Of a stretch of DNA of 64,000 nucleotides, positions 36,678 through 45,971 are shown piece by piece. The position numbers and the translations under genes are program-made. The stretch comes from Candidatus Zhuqueibacterota bacterium (GTDB taxonomy: Bacteria; Zhuqueibacterota; Zhuqueibacteria; Thermofontimicrobiales; Thermofontimicrobiaceae), in contig JBMOPW010000014.1 in NCBI GenBank assembly GCA_049322915.1, positions 256,001 through 320,000 of the forward strand, written 5' to 3'. Within the stretch, counting starts at the first letter, position 1. The number at the start of each line of letters is the position of its first letter. The notes under the pieces were generated by a model that worked only from the letters and a program-made list of their open reading frames with translations, was not told where the DNA came from and searched no databases.

Positions 36678-39350
36678 ATGTTCAGAAATCCCAAATGGAT
36701 CATTTTACTCAGCGCGTTATGTCTGATGTCGATTTCGGAAACAAGTCGCAGCCAGGAATCGGCTTCTGCCTTATTGAAACCGATGGAGCGACTATCCCCA
36801 TCCAGTTCATTTTATGGCGAATTGAACCTGGGCCGGCTTGGCTATTACCTATCCAGAGCAGGCGATGTGAACCGGGACGGCTATGATGATTTTATGATTG
36901 CCGGCTACCATCACCATGTTCATGGCTGGAACTCCGGCGGCGTTTATCTGTTTTTGGGCAAATCGACCATCGATTGGAGTCTCAACATGCTGGTGGGACA
37001 GGCAGCGAGCGCCCTTTTTTGTGGTTATCACGATTATGATTTTACCGGGTACAACATTGACGGCGGCGGCGATTTCAACGGTGATGGTCTCAGCGATATG
37101 CTCATCGGCGCGCCCGGGAACTGGGATCGGGAGCCTCCATTCCCCGGCAAAGCATTTATCGTATTGGGTCGGGAGAATGCAGACTGGGGCATGAATTTCG
37201 TGCTGGAGTATGGCGCGGATGAGGACTTTTTGGGTGAACGAGATTATGATCAGTTTGGCTATGCCGTCTCGTTCATCGGCGATCTGAACCAGGATGGGTA
37301 TGATGAAATTTTATGCAGCGCAGCGTTCAAAAATCTGCAATATTCCTGGCAGGGTAAAGTGTACCTGATAGCCGGGAATGCCCAGGGCTATCCCCGGGGC
37401 GCGTTAGCCGCGGAAAGCGCGGTGGCTTCGTTCATTTATCCGGCCAACGAAGCGAACGTCGGTAGCGCAGTCGCCGGGGTGGGCGATGTCAACAAGGACG
37501 GCATCCCGGATTTCGCCATTGGCGCAGCCGGCATTGGTAGGGTCTTTCTGCTGTTTGGCAGAACCGGCATGGACTGGGGCAACCCTTTTAATCTGACAAA
37601 TGCCGATGTCGTCTTTTTGCCGGAAGACGCGGAACGCGACGACTCCGGCTGGCAGGTAAAGGGTGTGAATGATGTGAACGGCGATGCCATCGATGATTTT
37701 TTAATTTCCGGGCTACAAATAAATAACGACGCCGGCAAGACCTACTTGATTCTCGGACGGGAGAACTGGCCTGCGCGACAATTCTATTTATCCCAGGCAG
37801 ATGCGTCCTTTTTGGGCGAAGGGTCGGAGCAACATTCCGGCGTGTCCATTGCAGGGGTGAACGATTTCAATGGCGACAACTATAATGATTTCATGATCGG
37901 CGCGCGCTATTACAGCGGCGGCAAATACCATCGCGGCAAAGCCTACGTGGTCACGGGAAAATCCGGCGGGTGGCAGCGAAATGTTCCGCTATCGGAAATC
38001 GAGATCAATTTCGTCGGACAGGATACAATTCACTGCGCCGGCTGGGGCGTCAGTGGCGCCGGCGATGTCAATGCAGATGGCTGCATGGATATTCTCACGT
38101 CGGCCCCGTTCAACAGCGAATTCGATAAATGGGCGGGCGAAATTTATCTGTTCCTGGGGGATTATAATGTGCTCTCACTGACGGGAAAAGTAGCTCATGT
38201 CAACGGATTCTCAATTGCCGGCGCGATGGTCAAGGTGACTGCCAATGGTACCTTTCAAACGCTCACCGATATCAGCGGGGAATATCGATTCCGGTTTTCG
38301 CCGTGCAACTCCGTGACAGTCTCAGCAACGAAAACGGAAGGCGCGGAATCTGCAAGCACAGCTATCTCGGCCTACGATGCGGCACTGGCCGCACAATTTG
38401 CCGTTGGTCTGCGACCGCTGGATGCAATTCAGCAGTCTGCCGCGGACGCGAACAGCGACGGCAAAGTGGGATGTTTTGATGCCGCGCTCATTGCGCAGTA
38501 TGCCGTGGGGCTGAACCTGGTTCCCTCATCTCAGGCTGGTGGATGGTTTTTCGAGCCAAAAAGCTATTTCTATCAGTCGCTCTACTCGGATAAAATGAAT
38601 GTCAATTTTACCGCGGGAATTCGGGGCGATGTGGACGGGAACTGGCAGGGCGCTGGTGAGCTGAAGAGAATATCTCCTTCCAACGAGGTTCACATTCTGC
38701 CGGATAAAATTGATGTGAATGACCAGTCAACTGTCGTCATTCCGATTCAGTTAACGGATTATAACAAAGTCATTTCTGCCGATATTGAGATAAATTACCC
38801 TGCGGATGTGTTGGAATTTGCCGGGATCGCGCCAACCAATTTCAGTCGTAAGTTTGCGACCGCCATAAATAACACATCGGCCGGCCTTTTGAGAATCGCC
38901 ATGTATACGATGGGACAACCCTGTCCGGGAGAGGAATTGCGTCTGCAATTCACGGTACTGAATAGAAATTACGCCGGCGTTGCGCCGGTGTCCCTGACCG
39001 ATTTGCGGGTGGATAATAAAAACGCCGTGGCCGATGAGACGACGCTGTTTTTTGGAACAGGTCAAAAACCGCTGACTCCCGTGTCGGTCAAAAATCTGCC
39101 CAATCCCTTCAATCCGGAGACGACGATTCATGTCACCAATGCAGTAACCGGACATGGCTCGGTCAATATTTTTGATGTGCTGGGCCGAAAGGTTCGGGAA
39201 TTCGATCTCGGAGTGATTCAGCCCGGGGAGCAAAAAATTCTTTGGAATGGTCGGGATGAATATGGACAGGATCTGGCCAGCGGCGTGTATCTGCTTCAAT
39301 TCCGCTGCGGCGCCGATGTGACGCTGAATAAAATGATCAAAATAAAATAG
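36678..39350 (+). CDS. Paralogous FG-GAP propeller + dockerin-like + cohesin-like + CTD protein
   Basis: Seven FG-GAP repeats; ISAYDAALAAQFAVG..AADANSDGKVGCFDAALIAQYAVG; VVIPIQL..ISADIEINYPADVLEF; NLPNPFNPET. Confidence 0.85.
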   Translation: MFRNPKWIILLSALCLMSISETSRSQESASALLKPMERLSPSSSFYGELNLGRLGYYLSRAGDVNRDGYDDFMIAGYHHHVHGWNSGGVYLFLGKSTIDWSLNMLVGQAASALFCGYHDYDFTGYNIDGGGDFNGDGLSDMLIGAPGNWDREPPFPGKAFIVLGRENADWGMNFVLEYGADEDFLGERDYDQFGYAVSFIGDLNQDGYDEILCSAAFKNLQYSWQGKVYLIAGNAQGYPRGALAAESAVASFIYPANEANVGSAVAGVGDVNKDGIPDFAIGAAGIGRVFLLFGRTGMDWGNPFNLTNADVVFLPEDAERDDSGWQVKGVNDVNGDAIDDFLISGLQINNDAGKTYLILGRENWPARQFYLSQADASFLGEGSEQHSGVSIAGVNDFNGDNYNDFMIGARYYSGGKYHRGKAYVVTGKSGGWQRNVPLSEIEINFVGQDTIHCAGWGVSGAGDVNADGCMDILTSAPFNSEFDKWAGEIYLFLGDYNVLSLTGKVAHVNGFSIAGAMVKVTANGTFQTLTDISGEYRFRFSPCNSVTVSATKTEGAESASTAISAYDAALAAQFAVGLRPLDAIQQSAADANSDGKVGCFDAALIAQYAVGLNLVPSSQAGGWFFEPKSYFYQSLYSDKMNVNFTAGIRGDVDGNWQGAGELKRISPSNEVHILPDKIDVNDQSTVVIPIQLTDYNKVISADIEINYPADVLEFAGIAPTNFSRKFATAINNTSAGLLRIAMYTMGQPCPGEELRLQFTVLNRNYAGVAPVSLTDLRVDNKNAVADETTLFFGTGQKPLTPVSVKNLPNPFNPETTIHVTNAVTGHGSVNIFDVLGRKVREFDLGVIQPGEQKILWNGRDEYGQDLASGVYLLQFRCGADVTLNKMIKIK

Positions 39351-39352
39351 AG

Positions 39353-40150
39353 GTGGGTATGAAATGGTCCAGGCTCATGGTCGTATTGTGCGCATGCCTG
39401 ATCATTTTTAACGGGGGGGAAAATGGTGCATCAGGCCAGGTTATCGTTCGGGTTCAGAATACGGCAACAACGCCGGATACAACGGTGAGCGTGCCTGTTC
39501 TCGTCGGTGATGTCACTGGCTATGGCATTATTTCTTTTCAATTCAGTGCGAAGTACGATTCACTTGTGCTGAGAGCGACGGATGTTTCGTTGGGGAATAC
39601 CATTGCAGAAAGCTGGGGCGATGTTGCCAATAATCTTGAATCACCGGGGAACATGGTTGTCGGGGCATTTGGCACTGCGGCGCTTTCCGGCTCTGGCGCC
39701 TTGCTTTTCCTTGAATTTGATGTGATTGGTTCTGTCGGGGATTCAACCCGAATTGAAATAGAACAATTCAGTTTCAATAACAACAATCCGCCAGTCGCTG
39801 TCACGCAGGGAATGCTGCATATTGTCAGCTCAACCAGCGTCACCCGGGAAAACGCTCCCTTTATTCCCGACGATGGCCAGTGGGTGAGTCACTATCCGGA
39901 GCCATTTCACACTGCGACGTCCATTGTGTGCCAAACAGAAAGAGCGGGGTTCATCGAGTTGTCGATTTACAATATCCTGGGCCAGGAAATAGATCGGTTC
40001 AGTAGAATGACATCCGCGGCCGGGCGGCACACTTTTACCTGGTTAGCGAACAAACGTTTGGGCGCAATACTGGCCCCGGGGATTTATTTTTGTGTCGCCA
40101 GATTGGACGATCGCATCATTGGAATGAATCGGCTGGTGCGCATTGAATAG
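39353..40150 (+). CDS. Small secreted protein: single cohesin-like domain + degenerate CTD
   Basis: Signal peptide; VSVPVLVGDVTGYGIISFQFSAKYDSLVL..LSGSGALLFLEFDV; HYPEPF..IYNILGQEI..PGIYF. Confidence 0.8.
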   Translation: MGMKWSRLMVVLCACLIIFNGGENGASGQVIVRVQNTATTPDTTVSVPVLVGDVTGYGIISFQFSAKYDSLVLRATDVSLGNTIAESWGDVANNLESPGNMVVGAFGTAALSGSGALLFLEFDVIGSVGDSTRIEIEQFSFNNNNPPVAVTQGMLHIVSSTSVTRENAPFIPDDGQWVSHYPEPFHTATSIVCQTERAGFIELSIYNILGQEIDRFSRMTSAAGRHTFTWLANKRLGAILAPGIYFCVARLDDRIIGMNRLVRIE

Positions 40151-40409
40151 AATTTGGATCCGAGAATATCGATAGTACAAACGATGTGGGATTTCCTGAT
40201 GGGGCTTTGGCAGTAAGGGAGATGGAGGTGTGCATCGATCTGAATGTGGGAATCGTGAGGAGCGAAGGAAAAAGCAACACACATTTGAAAGGCATCAGGC
40301 ATAAAATCAGTGTCGGTTGGGCGACGCCACCGGGTTAAATGCCGGATGCGTGTTTAGCATTATCGTTCAACGCAGGACAACGATGGATACTGGAAGCGAG
40401 GAATAACGT

Positions 40410-42848
40410 ATGCTGAAGAAAATTGGTCTGCTATTATTATTCATCTTTATTGTGGTCTCGAATGGATTGGCGCAGGTGCAGGTGACCGTGCCGGATACGA
40501 CGGCGAAAAGTGGTCTTGAAGTCACCATCCCGGTCCGGGTTTCCAATTGTTCGAATTATGAAATTTTTTCCTATCAATTTACATTGACCTATAACAGCGC
40601 GGTGCTGACGCCGGTTCGCCTGGAAACTGCCAACACGGTGACATCGAGCTGGCCAACGCCGGTGATGAACAATTCCACTGCCGGGGTGCTGGAAATTGGC
40701 GGCTATGGATCCAATAAAATTGTCGGGGGAGGCAGCCTGGTAAAAATTGTATTCCAGGTCATCGGCAATCCCAATCAGGTATCGAATCTGAATCTGTCGT
40801 ATTTTGAATTCAATGACGGTAATCCCGGCGCAATTATCGAAAACGGCAGCATCACAGTGACAATGACCGCGCTGGCTGTGACGATTACTACCAATGTGCC
40901 GGGCAATACGCAGGTGATCGTGGATGGTACTCCATTCACCGCGCCGCATGTTGCATACTGGGAATCCGGAACGCAGCACGAGATTTCTGCGGCGAGTGTG
41001 CAGACTCTCGGGACTGACCGCAGATACCTTTACCAATCCTGGAGCGATGGCGGCGGACAAACGCACACAATCACCGTCACTCAATCGACAACGATCACAG
41101 CGACTTATTCCACCCAATATTACCTGACTGTCCAATCAACCTATGGCAATCCCCAGGGGAGCGGCTGGTACAACGCCGGGGCGATCGCGTATTTTTCTGT
41201 GGAGTCGGAAATTCTGAGCGATGCCACCACGAAACGTCGATTCGCTTCGTGGTCTGGCAGCGGCTCTGGCAGCTATTCCGGCGCTCTTCGGGAAGCGAAT
41301 GTGACGATGAACGCGGCGATTGTTGAAACAGCGAACTGGACGACGTCCTATCTGGTTCAAATCAGTTCAGTCCACGGCACGCCTTACGGCGCCGGTTGGT
41401 ACAATGCCGGGACCGTCGTCAGCTTTGGCATTGATTCGACGCAGATAAATCGATGGAATGCGCATTCTCAATTCAGTTCCTGGGCAGGCACCGGGACAAT
41501 CAGTTACAGCGGGACTTCGCCGCAATCGACAGTCACAGTGAATAGCCCCATCACCGAAGTGGCGCAGTGGAATGATGAATTCCTCGTGCAGACCGGCTCA
41601 TCGCCGCAGGGCATTCTGACCGTCCCCGGCGCCGGCTGGTATCCCAAAGGCTATCCGTTCACAACGATCAGCGCGCCAGTCACCATCAATAAAGATGGAA
41701 CAGCGTATGAATTCAAAGGCTGGCTCGTCAATGACCAGGTTGTCTCAGGCAATCCCATCACGCAGGCTGTCACATTGCCAATGACAATCATCGCCGATTA
41801 CAGTCAGGATATTACTGTGACCATCACCACGAGCGTCGGCGTTGGGACAAAAGTGCTGGTTGATGGCGCAGAAAAAAGCGCGCCGCATACGGCTTCCTGG
41901 ACGGCTGGCTCGTCCCACAGCATCGGCGTCGCCAGCGAGCAGAATGGCATTCCCGGAACGCGGTACAGTTACATTCAATGGCAGCACGGCGGCAGTCAGG
42001 TGCAAACCGTGAGTCCAACCACCAATTTAAATTATGTGGCCAATTTGAAAACCGAATTTTTCCTGGACGTGTCCACTGATCCGGCGGATATCCTCACGCT
42101 GACCGGCGAAGGCTGGTACGAAGCCAATGAGGTCGTGGAACTGGATTCGGCGCCGGCATCATTCAAATCCGGACAGAGCAGCTATCGTCTTCTGCACTGG
42201 CTGGAGGACGGTGTGGTCAGGTCCGAAAATCCAATCAGCATTGTCATGAATGAGCCGCACACAGCCGTGGCGAAATTCCAGAGCGGTTATTACATCTCCG
42301 GGACAATTACGTTTGTGGGAGCAAGCCCGGCGCCTGTGACGATCAATGTTTCCGGAATGGAAAATTTCACCCTGCAAACCAAAGCCGATGGCACCTATTT
42401 GATTGGCGGCCTTCTGGCTGGAAATTATCAACTCACCCTCCTTCATCCCAATTTCCGGTTCGAGCCGGCGATCCGGACGTATCAGATCTCTAAAAACGAA
42501 GAGTATCAGTATTACGTCGCCTTCTACGTCTCTGCTGTCGTAAGCGATGATCGCTCGGGCGGAGCGACCCCTGATAATTTTTACCTGGGACAGAATTATC
42601 CCAATCCGTTTTCAGACCTGACGCATATCGACTATCACCTGAAAAATACGGAACATGTGACTATATCGATTTACAACATTCGCGGACAACTGGTAAATCG
42701 TTTGATTGATCAGCAACAGCCTGGCGGCCTGTATCGGATTCTCTGGGATCGCACTGACTTCCGCGGGATTGTCGCGCCGGCCGGAGTTTATTATTACCGA
42801 ATCGATGCCGGCGATTTTATGGATAAAAAGAGCATGATCATTTTTTAA
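40410..42848 (+). CDS. Secreted protein: N-terminal cohesin-like domain, tandem GxGWY beta repeats, carboxypeptidase-regulatory-like domain, CTD
   Basis: VTIPVRVSN..IFSYQFTLTYNSAVL..GGGSLVKIVFQV; QYYLTVQSTYGNPQGSGWYNAG-type repeats; QNYPNPFS. Confidence 0.82.
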   Translation: MLKKIGLLLLFIFIVVSNGLAQVQVTVPDTTAKSGLEVTIPVRVSNCSNYEIFSYQFTLTYNSAVLTPVRLETANTVTSSWPTPVMNNSTAGVLEIGGYGSNKIVGGGSLVKIVFQVIGNPNQVSNLNLSYFEFNDGNPGAIIENGSITVTMTALAVTITTNVPGNTQVIVDGTPFTAPHVAYWESGTQHEISAASVQTLGTDRRYLYQSWSDGGGQTHTITVTQSTTITATYSTQYYLTVQSTYGNPQGSGWYNAGAIAYFSVESEILSDATTKRRFASWSGSGSGSYSGALREANVTMNAAIVETANWTTSYLVQISSVHGTPYGAGWYNAGTVVSFGIDSTQINRWNAHSQFSSWAGTGTISYSGTSPQSTVTVNSPITEVAQWNDEFLVQTGSSPQGILTVPGAGWYPKGYPFTTISAPVTINKDGTAYEFKGWLVNDQVVSGNPITQAVTLPMTIIADYSQDITVTITTSVGVGTKVLVDGAEKSAPHTASWTAGSSHSIGVASEQNGIPGTRYSYIQWQHGGSQVQTVSPTTNLNYVANLKTEFFLDVSTDPADILTLTGEGWYEANEVVELDSAPASFKSGQSSYRLLHWLEDGVVRSENPISIVMNEPHTAVAKFQSGYYISGTITFVGASPAPVTINVSGMENFTLQTKADGTYLIGGLLAGNYQLTLLHPNFRFEPAIRTYQISKNEEYQYYVAFYVSAVVSDDRSGGATPDNFYLGQNYPNPFSDLTHIDYHLKNTEHVTISIYNIRGQLVNRLIDQQQPGGLYRILWDRTDFRGIVAPAGVYYYRIDAGDFMDKKSMIIF

Positions 42849-42871
42849 ATGAGCATTAAAGGGAAGACATC

Positions 42872-45628
42872 ATGAGAAATACTTCAATTTTATGTTTGGG
42901 AATTCTGCTATTTTTCAGCGTTGCTGCGTTGCAGGCATCTGTGGAAGTGACGCTGCCGGATACCTCCTATTTTCCCGGAGACACGCTGCGCGTGCCGGTT
43001 CGCGTCTCTGACCTGACCGGGTTGGAGATTTACTCCTATCAGTTCATGCTGCATTACGATCCGGCCGTGGTTCAAATGCTGGGCGTGGATTCGACCGGGA
43101 GCCTCACCCAGGCATGGGGCAGCGCGGTCATGAATCTGTCATCGCCGGGGACTGTAACGCTCGGGAATTACGGCACCTCCGTTCTCAGCGGCGCCGGGGT
43201 TCTGATGTATCTGGAATTCGCTTTGATCGGCCAGTCCGATGATTCGACCCAATTGGATGTTCAGAACTTTGAATTCAACGATGCAAATCCGGCCGCGGTC
43301 GTCACGGACGGATCGATTAAAATTCTGTATGAACCGGTCGTGGTCACGTTCAATGTCAATATTCCCGAAAATATGGAATTCTTCATCGATGGCGTCAGAC
43401 ACAATTTTCCATTTGAAACAGAATGGGGCGCCGGTTCGGTTCATACAATTTCAACAACATCGCCGCAACAGATCAGTGCAAACACCCGCGCTGTATTTGA
43501 ACGCTGGAGCGATGGCGGGGCCATGAGTCACACAGTTTCGGTGACCGAAAATACGCAATTCACGCTGTACATGGATAAGCAATACCTGCTGGCAGTGAGT
43601 TCGCAGTACGGCGTCATCCAGGGCCAGGGCTGGTATAGCGCCGGCGAAAGCGCCACGTTCTCGGTGGACTCGGTGGTTGTCCAGGACAATGGTACGCGAC
43701 AGAGATTCACCGGCTGGAATGGCGTGGGGACTGGTTCATACACCGGCGCGGAACGGACGAACACCATCGTCATCACAGCGCCAGTCACCGAAACAGCAAC
43801 GTGGAAGACGCAATATTTTGTCAGCGTCAAGTCCGCGCACGGAACGCCTGTGGGAGAGGGCTGGTACGATGGCGGTACCTCCGCGTCCATCAGCATCGAT
43901 TCGCTGGTGAGCGGCGCGCCGGGAACGCGGTATCTTTTCGAAAGCTGGACTGGCAGCGGCGCGGGTAGTTACAGCGGCAAAGATCGATTGGCTCAGTTCA
44001 CCGTTTCCGGGCCAATCATCGAAAAAGCATTTTGGCAAACACAATTCCATTTCTCCTTGAACTCTGACCCGGCGGATCTGGTCATTTTTAAAAACGCCGG
44101 CTGGTATAATAAAAATACTGTGGTCAAAGGCGATGTCGCGCCGGAATTCGCTGGCACAGCCGATACAACCTATCGATTTCAGACGTGGACGCTCGACGGC
44201 CAGGCAGTTTCTGTCAATCCCGTCGAAACCATGATGGACACTTCCCATGTCGCGGTTGCGGCCTACGGCATCGATAGCGTTCGGGTGAAAATTGTCACCG
44301 AGGTTGCGGACGATATCGTCATCTCCCTGGACGGTGTGAGCGAGCCTCTTCCGTACGAGGCGTTCTGGCGCTACCAATCCGACCATGTCGTGAGCGTCGC
44401 GGAAGTCCAATTTGCCAGCGACTCGACCGCACGTTACGCGTTTGCATCGTGGAGCAATGGCGGCGCGCGGGAACAGACGCTGAGAGCGACGGCAGCGCAG
44501 GTCCTCGAACTGAATGTGACGACAGAATTTCACCTGGCTGTGGGGACAAATCCGGCCGGTCTGATTGAGTTTCAGGAAAGCGGCTGGTATCTGCCGGGCG
44601 CGTCTGTTGCGGTGCAGCCGGCGCCGCCTGTGGTTGTGGCTGGTCAGGATACATTTTTCTTCAAGGGCTGGCAAATCGACGGAGCGCCGCGCGAAGGCAA
44701 TCCTGTTTCCGTCCTCATGGACGAGCCGCACGAGGTGGTGGCGATCTATGCCAATGTGTATTCGATTATTGGAATGGTCAGGAATACCCGGCAGACTTCG
44801 CTGAATGGCGCCGTGGTGATTTTATCCGGCGACAAAACGGATACGCTGGTGACGGATGATTCCGGCGAATTTTTCTTCAGCGATCTGGCGCCAGGGGATT
44901 ACCGCGTGACGCCCCGACTGGAGGGCTTTTCATTCGAGCCGGAATTTCGCGAGTACACCTCCCTGAACCAGATGCAACTGCACCAGGATTTTCTCGGGAC
45001 TGACATTCAGATGCCGGTTGTTGCGTTATTGGCTCCCACCGGCGGAGAGCAATTTCAGGGCGCGACCGAGGATACGATCCATTGGTCGGTGAGCGACAAT
45101 GGCGGCATCGATTCGGTTTTCATCGAATTCAGCTCCAACAACGGCGGCCTCTGGCAACTGCTCGCTGCGTTCAATGGCGCGACAGTGGAGACAATTGCAT
45201 GGAGCATCCCGGACATCAACAGCACGACCTGTAAAATCAGGGTGCGGGCGATTGATTTCGACGGCAATGTGGCGGTCGATGCCTGCGATAGTCCGTTTAC
45301 GATTATCGGGAATTCCGGGATCCAGGCCGATCCCGAGCCTCAAATTCCCGGCGAATTTCATGTCGCACAAAACTATCCCAATCCGTTCAACAGCGCGACT
45401 GTCATTCCCATTCAACTTCCGGAGAAAAGTCTGGTGGCCATTCGGATATACAATCTGGTCGGCCAGGAGATCTGTTTGCTGCTGAACCAGGAACTGCCGG
45501 CCGGACATCATCGCATCCACTGGGAAGCGAAAAATACATCGTTGGCAGAAATGGGTTCCGGCATTTATTTTTACCGGGTCGAAGCAATGGGCCGGGTATT
45601 CACCGGGCGGCTGGTTTATCTCCGCTGA
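42872..45628 (+). CDS. Paralog of the preceding gene: cohesin-like domain, GxGWY repeats, extra Ig domain, CTD
   Basis: LRVPVRVSDLTGLEIYSYQFMLHYDPAVV..SGAGVLMYLEF; QYLLAVSSQYGVIQGQGWY; PTGGE Ig motif; QNYPNPFNS. Confidence 0.82.
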   Translation: MRNTSILCLGILLFFSVAALQASVEVTLPDTSYFPGDTLRVPVRVSDLTGLEIYSYQFMLHYDPAVVQMLGVDSTGSLTQAWGSAVMNLSSPGTVTLGNYGTSVLSGAGVLMYLEFALIGQSDDSTQLDVQNFEFNDANPAAVVTDGSIKILYEPVVVTFNVNIPENMEFFIDGVRHNFPFETEWGAGSVHTISTTSPQQISANTRAVFERWSDGGAMSHTVSVTENTQFTLYMDKQYLLAVSSQYGVIQGQGWYSAGESATFSVDSVVVQDNGTRQRFTGWNGVGTGSYTGAERTNTIVITAPVTETATWKTQYFVSVKSAHGTPVGEGWYDGGTSASISIDSLVSGAPGTRYLFESWTGSGAGSYSGKDRLAQFTVSGPIIEKAFWQTQFHFSLNSDPADLVIFKNAGWYNKNTVVKGDVAPEFAGTADTTYRFQTWTLDGQAVSVNPVETMMDTSHVAVAAYGIDSVRVKIVTEVADDIVISLDGVSEPLPYEAFWRYQSDHVVSVAEVQFASDSTARYAFASWSNGGAREQTLRATAAQVLELNVTTEFHLAVGTNPAGLIEFQESGWYLPGASVAVQPAPPVVVAGQDTFFFKGWQIDGAPREGNPVSVLMDEPHEVVAIYANVYSIIGMVRNTRQTSLNGAVVILSGDKTDTLVTDDSGEFFFSDLAPGDYRVTPRLEGFSFEPEFREYTSLNQMQLHQDFLGTDIQMPVVALLAPTGGEQFQGATEDTIHWSVSDNGGIDSVFIEFSSNNGGLWQLLAAFNGATVETIAWSIPDINSTTCKIRVRAIDFDGNVAVDACDSPFTIIGNSGIQADPEPQIPGEFHVAQNYPNPFNSATVIPIQLPEKSLVAIRIYNLVGQEICLLLNQELPAGHHRIHWEAKNTSLAEMGSGIYFYRVEAMGRVFTGRLVYLR

Positions 45629-45656
45629 AATCAATAAAAATTTTTGTTTTTGAATC

Positions 45657-45689
45657 AGGCCAGCGCTGTAACAGGCGTTGGCCTTTTTT
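45657..45689 (+). terminator. Rho-independent terminator
   Basis: AGGCCAGCGC-tgtaacag-GCGTTGGCCT followed by a T run. Confidence 0.75.
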
Positions 45690-45770
45690 ATTATTGCTGC
45701 AATTGGTCTCCTGTTCATATCTTGAATTGCGTAAGCAAAATCTTCACACCGAGAAATTTGAATTTTTCCC

Positions 45771-45798
45771 TTGACTTTTGGCAAAATATTTATATTTT
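45771..45798 (+). promoter_or_regulatory. Possible sigma70 promoter
   Basis: TTGACT-N16-TATTTT in AT-rich intergenic DNA after the terminator. Confidence 0.35.
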
Positions 45799-45971
45799 AT
45801 TTGTTGTATTTCTTACATTTCTATCTTACCTCAAAAATTTAATGCCAACACACATGATCTACATGTCAAACGTACTTCAAAAAATCTAATAATTCAAAGG
45901 AGGTGGTATATCCAATTGTTATATTAAACCGTAGGAATTAATTAACTCATTAATCAATTAAGGGGTAACGT

